64,000 nucleotides of DNA from an uncultured Candidatus Cloacimonas sp. (GTDB lineage: Bacteria; Cloacimonadota; Cloacimonadia; Cloacimonadales; Cloacimonadaceae). The position numbers and the translations under genes are program-made. A model generated the notes under the pieces. The model was not told where the DNA came from. It was given only the letters and a program-made list of their open reading frames with translations, and made no database searches. The DNA is taken from the NCBI GenBank assembly GCA_964609575.1, contig CAZSST010000001.1, positions 1,391-65,390 on the forward strand. The letters are read 5' to 3'. This document shows, one piece after another, positions 29,723-39,511 of the stretch (its first letter is position 1; each line of letters opens with the position of its first letter).

Positions 29723-31387
29723 ATGAATAAATGGTTGACTGTTGCGATAGTGCTACTTCTCGTGTTAACGGGATGTGCTTCCAATCGCAAAGCCTCTGAA
29801 ACTGAAACAAAAGCTGCAACTGAACCCTACACGGGAATCGTAACCAAGGTTGCGATATTACCCTTGAAAGCTATGGATTCACAAAGCCGCTATATCCAAA
29901 AGATTTTAACGGTGCGCGATCTGGATATCGCCTTTGCCAGTCATCCTGCCTATGATCTTATGAACATGGATGAGGTGGCAGGCCAGTTTAAACTATCCGG
30001 ATATCGTGATGTGGATGATTTGGAAACTGAGGAAATGACCGAGCTTGCCGAGATGACCCAATGTGATGTGCTGGCCATGGCTAATATCACCACTCTACGC
30101 AGTGATTCCTATTCTATCGCCATGCGTCTTTTCAGCGCTCGCACTCAAGAACTGATACAATTGAATTTCAATGTCAGCAAGTTCAAAGAAGAACGCTGGA
30201 AAACCTTGGAAACAGAAGTCTTGGCTAAGATAGACGAATTCGTCTCGAACGAAGTTGACAAGATTTTCAATGTTGCCACAAACTACTATTCCAGCGGTAA
30301 TTATCCCGAAGCTGAGAAGAACCTTAAAATGGCATTGGGACTAAATTCCGAGCTCAAAGATGCTCATTATTACCTCGGTGCTACCTATGCCAAAATGGGA
30401 AAAAGTGATGATGCCATCCGCGAATTGAATCTTAATTTGGAGAAAGATAAAACTCACCAACAATCTCTGTATCTGCTCATGGAAATGTATGAACAGAAAC
30501 AGCAACCGCTGAAGCGCCTGGAAGTGATGGAAAAGCTTGCTGCTCTCAACGAAGACGAAGAGATGTGGCTGGCTATCGGTAATCTGTATGTAGAGAACAA
30601 AAACATTAGTAAAGCTGAAGCAGCCCTGGGCGAAGCCATCAAGCTTGATCCCAATTTCGCCGTGGCCCGTTCACGCTTGGCCTTCCTCTTATATGAAGAA
30701 GGACGTTATGCTGATGCCATTCCGCACTTGGAATATGCTTTTGACAGATTCCCTGATAACGATCTTATTTCACGCCGCCTGGCAGTAAGCTATCAGCGCA
30801 CCAACAGAGTTGCGGATGCCATTGCCAAATACGAAACTGCTATAAGGAACAATCCCAGTAATCCTCAGCCATATCTAAGCGTAGTTTCGCTGTATCGTAT
30901 GCAGGCCAATGACGCTACCGATCCCAAACTGGCTGCCGAATTCAATGCCAAAGCCCTGGCGATGATGAATCAATTGATAAAAGCTCAGCCGGACAATGCT
31001 CTGGCTTATCTGAATCTTGCCGGAATCTACCTGGCTCAAAGCAATTTCGCCCAGGCGGAAACTAATTCCAATCTGGCTTTGCAAAAAGACTCCAGCCTCT
31101 ATCTGCCCTTCGTGTATCTTGGCACCATCGCGCAGAATAAGGGAACGAATGACTATAACCGCTTTGCAGAACTGGAACAACAAGCTGCCAAAGCCGTGGG
31201 TAAAAAAGCCAACACTCTGAAAAAAGACCGTGATAATGCCCGGTTATCGGCAAATGCCAATTTCCGTAAGGCGGCCGAATATTTCAATCAAGCAAAATCA
31301 AGAGCCACTGAAGACGAGACCATTGCTGATATCAACAACCGCCTTAATAGAGTAAATTCTCTCATCAGCCAATCTTCCGGTTATTGA
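29723..31387 (+). CDS. TPR-repeat lipoprotein
   Basis: GGAGGA RBS before MNKWL, lipobox LTGC, multiple TPR repeats. Confidence 0.85.
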   Translation: MNKWLTVAIVLLLVLTGCASNRKASETETKAATEPYTGIVTKVAILPLKAMDSQSRYIQKILTVRDLDIAFASHPAYDLMNMDEVAGQFKLSGYRDVDDLETEEMTELAEMTQCDVLAMANITTLRSDSYSIAMRLFSARTQELIQLNFNVSKFKEERWKTLETEVLAKIDEFVSNEVDKIFNVATNYYSSGNYPEAEKNLKMALGLNSELKDAHYYLGATYAKMGKSDDAIRELNLNLEKDKTHQQSLYLLMEMYEQKQQPLKRLEVMEKLAALNEDEEMWLAIGNLYVENKNISKAEAALGEAIKLDPNFAVARSRLAFLLYEEGRYADAIPHLEYAFDRFPDNDLISRRLAVSYQRTNRVADAIAKYETAIRNNPSNPQPYLSVVSLYRMQANDATDPKLAAEFNAKALAMMNQLIKAQPDNALAYLNLAGIYLAQSNFAQAETNSNLALQKDSSLYLPFVYLGTIAQNKGTNDYNRFAELEQQAAKAVGKKANTLKKDRDNARLSANANFRKAAEYFNQAKSRATEDETIADINNRLNRVNSLISQSSGY

Positions 31388-31408
31388 TATCGTCCCCTTC
31401 CCTTTCAC

Positions 31409-31435
31409 AAGCCCGGAGTAGTTCCGGGCTTTTTT
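31409..31435 (+). terminator. Intrinsic terminator
   Basis: AAGCCCGGA-GTAGT-TCCGGGCTT followed by a T run, after the TPR gene. Confidence 0.88.
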
Positions 31436-31507
31436 ATTGATCTTGTTTATGAAAGGGGGGCATAAAGCGCAAACACTCTTTATCCCAAATCACTGGTCAG
31501 AAGATAA

Positions 31508-31562
31508 CCATGCAACGCCCATGCAAAGGCCTGGGAATCGCATGGGAATCACCTGGTGAAGA
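31508..31562. repeat. 11-nt period array (family B)
   Basis: ccatgcaacgc/ccatgcaaagg/cctgggaatcg/catgggaatca/cctggtgaaga. Confidence 0.7.
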
Positions 31563-31749
31563 TATATGGGGGTGATCGTATGGCTTTTCAGCGATAAAGA
31601 TAAGGGCAAAGCTATGGCAAGGCCTTGCATAACAAGCAATAATGAGCTTAGTTACTGTATAAAAACGCTTTTGGCCTGGCTATGGAAACCCTGCACAATT
31701 CATTTGACAGCAAGTCCCTTCCCAAAAATATGCCCAAAAGAGGTAAGCA

Positions 31750-34644
31750 GTGAAGACAAAGATTATTATCAAAGGTGCCAGTGAGCATAACTTAAAGAAC
31801 ATAGATTTGGAATTGCCCCGGAATGAGCTCATCGTGTTCACCGGTGTATCCGGTTCGGGAAAATCGTCTTTGGCGTTTGATACACTATATGCAGAAGGAC
31901 AAAGACGTTATGTGGAGTCGTTATCGGCCTATGCCCGTCAGTTTTTGGGTCAAATGGAGAAACCGAAGGTAGATTACATTGAGGGCTTGTCTCCAGCCAT
32001 TGCCATTGAACAGAAATCCGCGAGCAAAAATCCCCGCTCCACGGTTGGTACTATCACAGAGATATATGACTATCTGCGAGTGCTTTATGCCCGTATTGGC
32101 AAACAATATTGTCATAGTTGCGGACGTCCCGTGGGATCGCTAACTATAGACCAGATGGTGGAGCATTTACTGGAAAATCCGGAAGGGACAAAGCTGCAGA
32201 TCGTTGCTCCCCTGGTGCAGAATCGTAAGGGTGAGCACAAAGATGAACTGGAACAGCTTCGCCAGGAAGGCTTTGTCCGCGTGATAATCAATGGCAAGAT
32301 GCGCAGTTTGGATGAAGAGATCATTCTGGACAAAAAAAGTAAGCATAATATTGAGGTGGTAATAGATCGTATCGTGATTAAGCCGGGTATCGAAAGTAGA
32401 TTGAGCGATTCGCTGGAACTGGCCTTGAAACTTGCTGAAGGAACCGTGAAAATCATCAACGGAGAAGAACTTACACCAGATAACACCATCATCCTTTCGT
32501 CGCAGAATTCCTGCCCCAATTGCAATATCGGTTTTGAGGAGTTATCCCCCCAAAGCTTTTCATTCAATAGCCCCATTGGTGCTTGTCCCACTTGTAATGG
32601 GTTAGGATATAAACTGGAATTTGATCCTGATCTGGTGGTTGCAAATCCCGAACTAAGCATAATGGAAGGCGCAGTGGCAGCTTGGGGAAGGCTGGAGATC
32701 AAACAGCAGAGCTGGACACTGAACACCATCCGCAATCTGGCTCATGCCTATAAATTTTCTTTGAACACGCCGTGGTATCAATTACCGGAGCTGGTGAAGC
32801 AGCTTGTTCTGTACGGTTCAAAAGGGCGAAAATTCAAGATTGCCTGGCAGAATGAACGTGGCAGCGGTGAATTCATGATGCGTTTCGAAGGCGTTATCCC
32901 CCAATTGGAACGCCGTATGCACGAAACCACCTCCGAGGAAATGCGACGCTATTACATGCAGTATATCAGCGATAAACCCTGCCCTGATTGCGAAGGGAAA
33001 AAGCTGAAACCATCATCACTGGCTGTAAAGATAGATAAATACAATATCGGCGAACTTACTTCGCTAAGCATCCATCAGGCTCATGCTTTCTTTTCCAGGC
33101 TGGACCTGAAGGGTAATCGCAAAATCATCGCTGAAGAAGTATTAAAAGAAATAAAAAATCGCTTGGGCTTCCTGCTGAGCGTGGGCTTACATTATCTTAC
33201 TCTGGATCGTCGTTCGCCAACTCTTTCCGGTGGTGAAGCGCAACGCATCAGACTTGCCAGCCAGATTGGCAGTCAACTTGTAGGGGTAATGTACATCCTT
33301 GATGAACCCAGTATTGGTCTTCATCAGCGGGATAATGCCAAGCTGCTGAACATGCTGCTGCAACTTCGTGATCTGGGAAATTCGGTGATCGTGGTGGAGC
33401 ATGACGAAGACACCATGCGCGGTGCGGATAGAATCGTGGATTTTGGACCCAAAGCAGGGATCTTCGGTGGAGAGATAGTAGCCATCGGGAATGTGGACGA
33501 ACTGATAAAGCATCCCACTTCGCTTACAGGGGCTTATCTTTCCGGACGTAAAAAAATTCCTATTCCTGAAATGCGCATTAAACCCGATGCCCGGGTGATA
33601 GGGATTAGAAACGCCAGACATAATAACTTAAAAAACCTCAATATCGATATCCCCATTGGCATGTTCGTTTGTGTAACCGGAGTTTCGGGAAGCGGTAAAA
33701 GCAGCTTGATCAATCAAACGCTGTATCCCTATCTGCACAATCATTTTTTCCGCACTACACACAAAGTGGGGAGTGTGGATGCCATTACCGGAATCGAACA
33801 CATTGATAAGATTATCGCTATCGATCAACAACCTATCGGAAGAACGCCCCGCTCCAATCCCTGTACCTATATCAAGCTCTTTGATCCCATTCGCAATCTC
33901 TTTTCCGAACTCCCCGCTTCCAAAATCAGGGGCTATAAACCGGGACGCTTTTCTTTTAATGTAAAGGGTGGACGCTGCGAAGCCTGCGAAGGTGCCGGAG
34001 TGAAGCAAATCGAAATGCATTTTATGGCCGATATCTTCGTTACCTGTGAAGTATGCAAGGGCAAAAGATACAATCAGGAAACCCTTTCTGTGCGCTACAA
34101 GGGCAAAAACATCGCTGAAGTTCTGGATATGGACGTACAGGAGGCAGTTGATTTCTTCGAAGCCGTTCCTTCCATCCGCCAGAAGCTCTTAACCTTGCAA
34201 GAAGTGGGCATGGATTACATCAAGATCGGCCAGCCTTCCACTACTCTTTCCGGTGGGGAAGCGCAGCGCATAAAGCTTTCTCGCGAACTCAGCAAAGTAT
34301 CCACCGGTAATACGTTATACCTGCTGGATGAACCTACCACGGGCCTGCATTTTGAAGATATCAATCGCCTCTTGCAAGTACTGAAAAAACTGGTGGCGAT
34401 GGGGAATACCGTTGTGGTTATTGAGCACAATCTGGATATGATCAAAAGCGCTGATTGGATTATCGATCTTGGCCCGGAAGGTGGAGATGAAGGTGGAAAG
34501 GTGATATTTACAGGTACCCCTGAAGATATCATCAAGCGTACTGATTCGGCTACCGGTATCCATCTGAAGCAGCATTACGAACGTGAAATGCCAGTATCCA
34601 AGCCCAAGAAGGCTGCTAAAAGCAATAAAATCCTGAAAGAATGA
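31750..34644 (+). CDS. uvrA: Excinuclease ABC subunit A
   Basis: Two GVSGSGKSS Walker A motifs, TLYAEGQRRYVES, two LSGGEAQRI, zinc-finger cysteines. Confidence 0.98.
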   Translation: MKTKIIIKGASEHNLKNIDLELPRNELIVFTGVSGSGKSSLAFDTLYAEGQRRYVESLSAYARQFLGQMEKPKVDYIEGLSPAIAIEQKSASKNPRSTVGTITEIYDYLRVLYARIGKQYCHSCGRPVGSLTIDQMVEHLLENPEGTKLQIVAPLVQNRKGEHKDELEQLRQEGFVRVIINGKMRSLDEEIILDKKSKHNIEVVIDRIVIKPGIESRLSDSLELALKLAEGTVKIINGEELTPDNTIILSSQNSCPNCNIGFEELSPQSFSFNSPIGACPTCNGLGYKLEFDPDLVVANPELSIMEGAVAAWGRLEIKQQSWTLNTIRNLAHAYKFSLNTPWYQLPELVKQLVLYGSKGRKFKIAWQNERGSGEFMMRFEGVIPQLERRMHETTSEEMRRYYMQYISDKPCPDCEGKKLKPSSLAVKIDKYNIGELTSLSIHQAHAFFSRLDLKGNRKIIAEEVLKEIKNRLGFLLSVGLHYLTLDRRSPTLSGGEAQRIRLASQIGSQLVGVMYILDEPSIGLHQRDNAKLLNMLLQLRDLGNSVIVVEHDEDTMRGADRIVDFGPKAGIFGGEIVAIGNVDELIKHPTSLTGAYLSGRKKIPIPEMRIKPDARVIGIRNARHNNLKNLNIDIPIGMFVCVTGVSGSGKSSLINQTLYPYLHNHFFRTTHKVGSVDAITGIEHIDKIIAIDQQPIGRTPRSNPCTYIKLFDPIRNLFSELPASKIRGYKPGRFSFNVKGGRCEACEGAGVKQIEMHFMADIFVTCEVCKGKRYNQETLSVRYKGKNIAEVLDMDVQEAVDFFEAVPSIRQKLLTLQEVGMDYIKIGQPSTTLSGGEAQRIKLSRELSKVSTGNTLYLLDEPTTGLHFEDINRLLQVLKKLVAMGNTVVVIEHNLDMIKSADWIIDLGPEGGDEGGKVIFTGTPEDIIKRTDSATGIHLKQHYEREMPVSKPKKAAKSNKILKE

Positions 34645-36836
34645 GTCTGCATCGCTTCACCTACTCACCATTAACTGCCGGCACACATCAAGTTGGCCTG
34701 GCGGGGGATTTCTCTGCCTGGAAGATCATTCCCATGCAAGACTTGGGAGGTATCTTTCAGCACGTCCTGGAAATTCCGGTAGGGAAATATCATTACAAGC
34801 TTATCGTGGATGGCGTTTGGCTGCACGACGCTAATTGTCCCCATAAGGTGCCCGATCCTTATGGTGGCTTCAATTCTGTGCTCATTGTTTATCCCGAAAA
34901 CCAAGCCCGATTGCAGTGGGATAATCTGCCGGAACGCTTTCTGCATACTCCCATATCGGAGTTTATCGCCATTATTCGCAGTGGTCAGTTTAGCGGAGAA
35001 TTACGTTTTTCCTGGCCAGCACACATGGCGGATAAGGTTTGGCTGTTGCACCGGGAAAAACGTTATGCACTGCCAAGAATTGGGGGAACCGCTATCAGCG
35101 ATGTGTTTCACCTTCTGCTGAACGAAGCGAATCACGAAATTGATTTCCATCCCGAATTTACTTTTGTGATTGAGATAAGTTATAAGCAGCAAAGCCTGTT
35201 CCTCGATTCCCATGGTTTGCATAAACAGGCCCAAAGTGAGGCTCCGCTAAAAATAGATTTTGCCAGGCAGGAAATCTTTGCCGTTCCGGACTGGGTGGGG
35301 AAGAGTGTTATTTATCAGATATTTCCTGATCGCTTCTGTAATGGTGATCCCACCAAGAATCCCGATTTTAGCGAATGGTACTATCATGATTGCAAAACAC
35401 CTCCAGCGAAAGGAGAATACCTTCCTCCCGAACAGGAGTATTATCACTTCGTGGATGATTGGGAAGATGTTTCCGGGCTTACTCAAAGCCCCTTTCTGCC
35501 TATGGGAAAGCCGGACTGGTGGTCTTTTTATGGCGGCGACATCTCCGGAGTGCAAAGCAAGCTGGATTATCTGAAAGACTTGGGAATCAATATTCTCTAT
35601 TTCAATCCCCTTTGGCAGGCTAAGTCTAATCATAAATACGATTCTGCTGATTATCACAGCATCGATCCCCATTTGGCCACCACCCAAGAGATGATAGATT
35701 TTGTGCATAAGGCACATCAGCAAGGCATTAGAATAATCCTCGACGTAGCCTTTAACCATACCGGAGAGACCTTTTGGGCCTTCCGCGATGGCGTGGAAAA
35801 AGGGACAGCTTCGCCCTACTGGAATTGGTATGATTGGTTCAAATGGCCTTTGCCCAAGCCCTTACCCCCGTATTTCAAACCCAAAGAATATTATCAGTGC
35901 TGGTGGGGGATTAAGGATATGCCCGATCTGAACTATGATCTATCCCGTCCCCATCCCGATGAAAATGCTGTTCGCGATATCAGGGAGGCCTTACCCAATT
36001 GGCCTTTGGTAGATTATTTGCTAAACGCAGTGCGGTGGTGGCTGCTAGATATCGGTATCGATGGTTTCAGGCTGGATGTTCCAGACGAAGTGCCATTCTG
36101 GTTTTGGGAGCTCTTTCGCCGCGAAGTGAAAACTGCCCGTCCCGATGCCTGGATAGTAGGCGAAATCTGGCATCACGCCGAAGATTGGATTTCAGCAAGA
36201 TACTTCGATTCCGTAATGAATTATGCCTGCTTCAAAAATCCCGTGATGGATTACTTTATCCTCGGCCAGATAAGTAAAAGGGAGTTTACCGCCCAGATCG
36301 AAACTGGCCTGGCTCTCTATCCCTGGCATTCGCTACAGGCCATGATGAACCTCTTGGGTAGCCATGACACTCAAAGGCTTTTCACCCTGGCTAAGGGAAA
36401 TGTCGCCCGGATCAAACTGGCACTGATCTTTCAAATGTGTTTCATTGGCGCTCCGCACATCTATTACGGCGATGAAATTGCCCTTCAGGGAGCCAAAGAC
36501 CCCGATAATCGTCGTCCTTTCAATTGGAAATATCTTGATAATCCCACTCTCTGTGAACATCGTGAATTCTATAAAACCCTTATAAAGCTGCGTAGTGAAC
36601 ATCCTGCATTATCTGAGGGAAGCTTCAGGTTTATAAACACCAAAAGCAGCTTGCTTTGCTTTCAGCGTCAGGATCGTAACGAGATTCTCACCATTTACAT
36701 CAATACAGATAGTGAAGCTCAGATATTAAGCTCTCTATGTGGAAAAGAAATCCTCTTTGGTAGCCTGGAAGCAGATCATCAGATGCTTTCTGCATACTCG
36801 GCGATTATTATCCGCGAACGCACACTCTCCGGGTAG
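34641..36836 (+). CDS. GH13 alpha-glycosidase (neopullulanase/cyclomaltodextrinase-like) with N-terminal CBM48-like domain
   Basis: YQIFPDRF, YGGDI, DVAFNH, GFRLDVP, GEIW, GSHD catalytic motifs; N-terminal LAGDFSAW...YHYKLIVDGVW. Confidence 0.92.
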   Translation: MSLHRFTYSPLTAGTHQVGLAGDFSAWKIIPMQDLGGIFQHVLEIPVGKYHYKLIVDGVWLHDANCPHKVPDPYGGFNSVLIVYPENQARLQWDNLPERFLHTPISEFIAIIRSGQFSGELRFSWPAHMADKVWLLHREKRYALPRIGGTAISDVFHLLLNEANHEIDFHPEFTFVIEISYKQQSLFLDSHGLHKQAQSEAPLKIDFARQEIFAVPDWVGKSVIYQIFPDRFCNGDPTKNPDFSEWYYHDCKTPPAKGEYLPPEQEYYHFVDDWEDVSGLTQSPFLPMGKPDWWSFYGGDISGVQSKLDYLKDLGINILYFNPLWQAKSNHKYDSADYHSIDPHLATTQEMIDFVHKAHQQGIRIILDVAFNHTGETFWAFRDGVEKGTASPYWNWYDWFKWPLPKPLPPYFKPKEYYQCWWGIKDMPDLNYDLSRPHPDENAVRDIREALPNWPLVDYLLNAVRWWLLDIGIDGFRLDVPDEVPFWFWELFRREVKTARPDAWIVGEIWHHAEDWISARYFDSVMNYACFKNPVMDYFILGQISKREFTAQIETGLALYPWHSLQAMMNLLGSHDTQRLFTLAKGNVARIKLALIFQMCFIGAPHIYYGDEIALQGAKDPDNRRPFNWKYLDNPTLCEHREFYKTLIKLRSEHPALSEGSFRFINTKSSLLCFQRQDRNEILTIYINTDSEAQILSSLCGKEILFGSLEADHQMLSAYSAIIIRERTLSG

Positions 36837-37061
36837 GGATTATTAAGTTACTAAATAGTTTGCCCTTATCCGGATCATTATCCTGCCAATAATTCATAGC
36901 ATACATGCGATATGTTACGCATATCGATAAGCGAAATACAATTCAATATGCATAGATAACTAGCAGACATATATTCTTATAAGTAACATAGCAGCAGAAA
37001 AGTCTTGACAGATATTAGCCTATCAATTTTCATTCCCGCATACTAAGAACATTGGAAAATT

Positions 37062-37556
37062 ATGAAGAAAGTAAGTAAAAAACTGCTTGCTACCTTTCTG
37101 GGGCTTCAGCTCATGGTTGTGATGCCCATTATCGCAGAATCGGTAACAAGCCCCGAATCGGAAGCTATTGCCCTCGTTCAAAGCGAGCTGGTGATAGATT
37201 CACTGCAAACTCAGGAGCCTCCGGGAGCTCCACCTGGCGAAACCATGGTCGCTACCTATTATGGGAAGCGATTCCATGGACATAAAACGGCAAGTGGCGA
37301 AAGATACGATCACTATGCCCTGTCCTGTGCACACAAAGAACTCCCCTTTCAAACCCTCTTAAAAGTTACCAATCCCCAAAACGGCAAGTCTGTAAACGTT
37401 CGCGTGAACGATCGTGGTCCCTTCACCCCAGGCAGAGATCTCGATCTATCCTATGCTGCTGCCAAAGAAATCGATATGCTGGCTGCGGGAGTGATCCCAG
37501 TGGAAGTCCAAATCATTACCGAGGAATATTCCGACTCCACGTTTGCCGCCCGCTAA
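37062..37556 (+). CDS. rlpA: RlpA-family lytic transglycosylase (DPBB domain)
   Basis: ATYYG..FHG..TASGE, AHKELPF, VRVNDRGPF, DLSYAAA. Confidence 0.9.
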   Translation: MKKVSKKLLATFLGLQLMVVMPIIAESVTSPESEAIALVQSELVIDSLQTQEPPGAPPGETMVATYYGKRFHGHKTASGERYDHYALSCAHKELPFQTLLKVTNPQNGKSVNVRVNDRGPFTPGRDLDLSYAAAKEIDMLAAGVIPVEVQIITEEYSDSTFAAR

Positions 37557-37586
37557 GAAGATATCCATCCTTATTCATCACCACTT

Positions 37587-38534
37587 TTGAATAAAGATAG
37601 TATCTCCATGAAAGAAGAAAGCCTTCCCCTAAAATATTCATCCCGGGTTCTAAAAGCCCGCACCAAAGGCATTCCGATGCTTGCCCTGGAATCCACGGTG
37701 CTAACCCATGGCCTGCCTTATCCGCAAAATCTGGATGTTTTATCCCGCTTGGAAAGCCTTTGCCGGGATAATGGTGCCGAGCCTGCCACCATCATTGTTT
37801 TGGATGGAGCAGTGCATATTGGCATGGATGATTGCGATCTTGCCCGATTACGGGAAATAATGCAAAAAGGGGATAAATTGGAAAAGCTGGGACGCCGCGA
37901 TCTTCCAACTGCCCTGGTAAAAGGCCAAAGCGGCGGGACCACCGTTTCAGCCACGATGCTTTTAGCGCAGCGAGCGGGGATTAAAGTATTTGCCACTGGG
38001 GGTATCGGCGGCGTGCATCGCGGATGGGAAAGCAGTATGGATATCTCCAACGACCTTAAAACTCTATCCGAAATACCCGTTATTGTAGTCTCCGCGGGAT
38101 GCAAAGCCATTCTGGATATAGGAGCCACTCTGGAATACCTGGAAACCCTGGGTGTGCCTGTAATGGGCTGGCAGGTAACTGATTTCCCTGCCTTCTATTC
38201 ACGCCATTCCGGTCACAAAATTGATAGTGTTTATAACGCTGCGCAAGTGGCGGAAATATATAGAACTACTCTCTCCTGGGAGCGCAATCCCGGGGGCATT
38301 TTAATCGCCAATCCCATCCCCAGTGAAGCTGAGATTCCTGCTGCTGAGATTGCCGTGTATATCGAAGCTGCCATCGCAGATGCAGCCAGGCTCGGAATCT
38401 CTGGCAAGGCTACCACGCCTTTTCTGCTGGATGCTTTGGCAAAATCCACTCAAGGCTTATCCGTGAAGGCCAATCTGGCCCTCTTGGAAAATAATGTGAT
38501 GATTGGCGCACAAATCGCCAGGGAGCTAATGTGA
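37587..38534 (+). CDS. psuG: Pseudouridine-5'-phosphate glycosidase
   Basis: ALESTVLTHGLPYPQN, TTVSATM, FATGGIGGVHRG, KAILDI, GKATTPFLL; start may be the ATG at 37608. Confidence 0.95.
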   Translation: MNKDSISMKEESLPLKYSSRVLKARTKGIPMLALESTVLTHGLPYPQNLDVLSRLESLCRDNGAEPATIIVLDGAVHIGMDDCDLARLREIMQKGDKLEKLGRRDLPTALVKGQSGGTTVSATMLLAQRAGIKVFATGGIGGVHRGWESSMDISNDLKTLSEIPVIVVSAGCKAILDIGATLEYLETLGVPVMGWQVTDFPAFYSRHSGHKIDSVYNAAQVAEIYRTTLSWERNPGGILIANPIPSEAEIPAAEIAVYIEAAIADAARLGISGKATTPFLLDALAKSTQGLSVKANLALLENNVMIGAQIARELM

Positions 38535-39361
38535 AGATATATATGTCCATTGATATGGAAGGCATACCCGGAACCTTTAACTGGGAACAGGAAAAGACAG
38601 ATAGAGCAGCGGTTAAGCGCAACATGCAAAACCATGTGGAAGATGCGCTCTTTGCGATTTTAAACAGCCCTCAGGCCGGGGATATTGAAGAGGTCGTGAT
38701 CGCTGATTCTCATTCCGCGGGCGATAATCTGGACTATAGTATCACCGCGCTGGATAAGAGAATTTCGCTTATCAGTGGGGGCCCGCGCCCCGCATACATG
38801 ATGCCCGCTTTTTCCCGTGATTTTTCGCAAGTGTATCTTTTGGGGTATCATGCCGGAACCGGCGCGCTTTTTGGAAACATGGATCATAGCTATTCCAATA
38901 GCCGCATTCAAAAGATCTGGATAAATGGGGAACGCATGAATGAAGCCCTCATCAATGCGGCCTACGCGGGTTATCATGGGGTTCCCGTAGCCGTGGTAAG
39001 CGGGGACAAAACTCTGGGCGAAGAACTACAAAAATTCATGCCCTGGCTTCAGTATGTGTGCACCAAAGAAGCGGTGGCAAAGTTCGCTGCCAAAAACTAT
39101 TCTCCTTTGCACATTAAACCTATGCTTCAGGAAGCTATACATAAGTCACTATCAAGCAATGCTATCCCCTTGTATTCGTTTAGCAGCCCTATCACCCTAA
39201 AAATCGAATTTCATTCCACCGCCATGACCGACGTGGCTTGTCTGATGCCCCATACTAAAAGGCTGGATGGCCGCACTGTGGAGTATATCGATAACGATTA
39301 TGCTGTGATCTTTGAAGCTATTATGGCACTGGTAACCCTGGCCTCTACTGTGGGAATCTAA
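38531..39361 (+). CDS. M55 family D-aminopeptidase (DppA-like)
   Basis: KIYMSIDMEG, ADSH, GYHA, HSY, VSGD motifs. Confidence 0.93.
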   Translation: MKIYMSIDMEGIPGTFNWEQEKTDRAAVKRNMQNHVEDALFAILNSPQAGDIEEVVIADSHSAGDNLDYSITALDKRISLISGGPRPAYMMPAFSRDFSQVYLLGYHAGTGALFGNMDHSYSNSRIQKIWINGERMNEALINAAYAGYHGVPVAVVSGDKTLGEELQKFMPWLQYVCTKEAVAKFAAKNYSPLHIKPMLQEAIHKSLSSNAIPLYSFSSPITLKIEFHSTAMTDVACLMPHTKRLDGRTVEYIDNDYAVIFEAIMALVTLASTVGI

Positions 39362-39384
39362 ACGCCCTTTCCATACTCAATCGC

Positions 39385-39461
39385 TTCCCTCTACCAACCA
39401 GGAACCATCCAAGAACATTCCCTCATCGCGATAAGGGAGGGATGCCGGAAGCACTAGTGTA
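39385..39461. repeat. Inverted array of 11-nt units (family A, copy 2)
   Basis: ttccctctacc/aaccaggaacc/atccaagaaca/ttccctcatcg|cgataagggag/ggatgccggaa; lies between convergent genes. Confidence 0.85.
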
Positions 39462-39471
39462 GAATGAACAA

Positions 39472-39511
39472 CTCGACTTCTCGACCTCTCAACCTCTCGA
39501 CTTACCGACCT
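39472..39511. repeat. Octamer tandem repeat (CTCGACYT)x5
   Basis: ctcgactt ctcgacct ctcaacct ctcgactt accgacct, abutting the YitT stop codon. Confidence 0.8.

Noticed and set aside
31652..31670. TACTGTATAAAAACGC upstream of uvrA as a LexA box
   Set aside because: Only a half-site of the E. coli CTGT-N8-ACAG box; the second half is missing
36837..37060. Spacer before rlpA as another 11-nt array
   Set aside because: AT-rich with short palindromes, but no clear unit could be phased by eye
39385..39511. Repeat cluster as a CRISPR array
   Set aside because: Units are 8-11 nt, contiguous and without unique spacers; no cas genes are present
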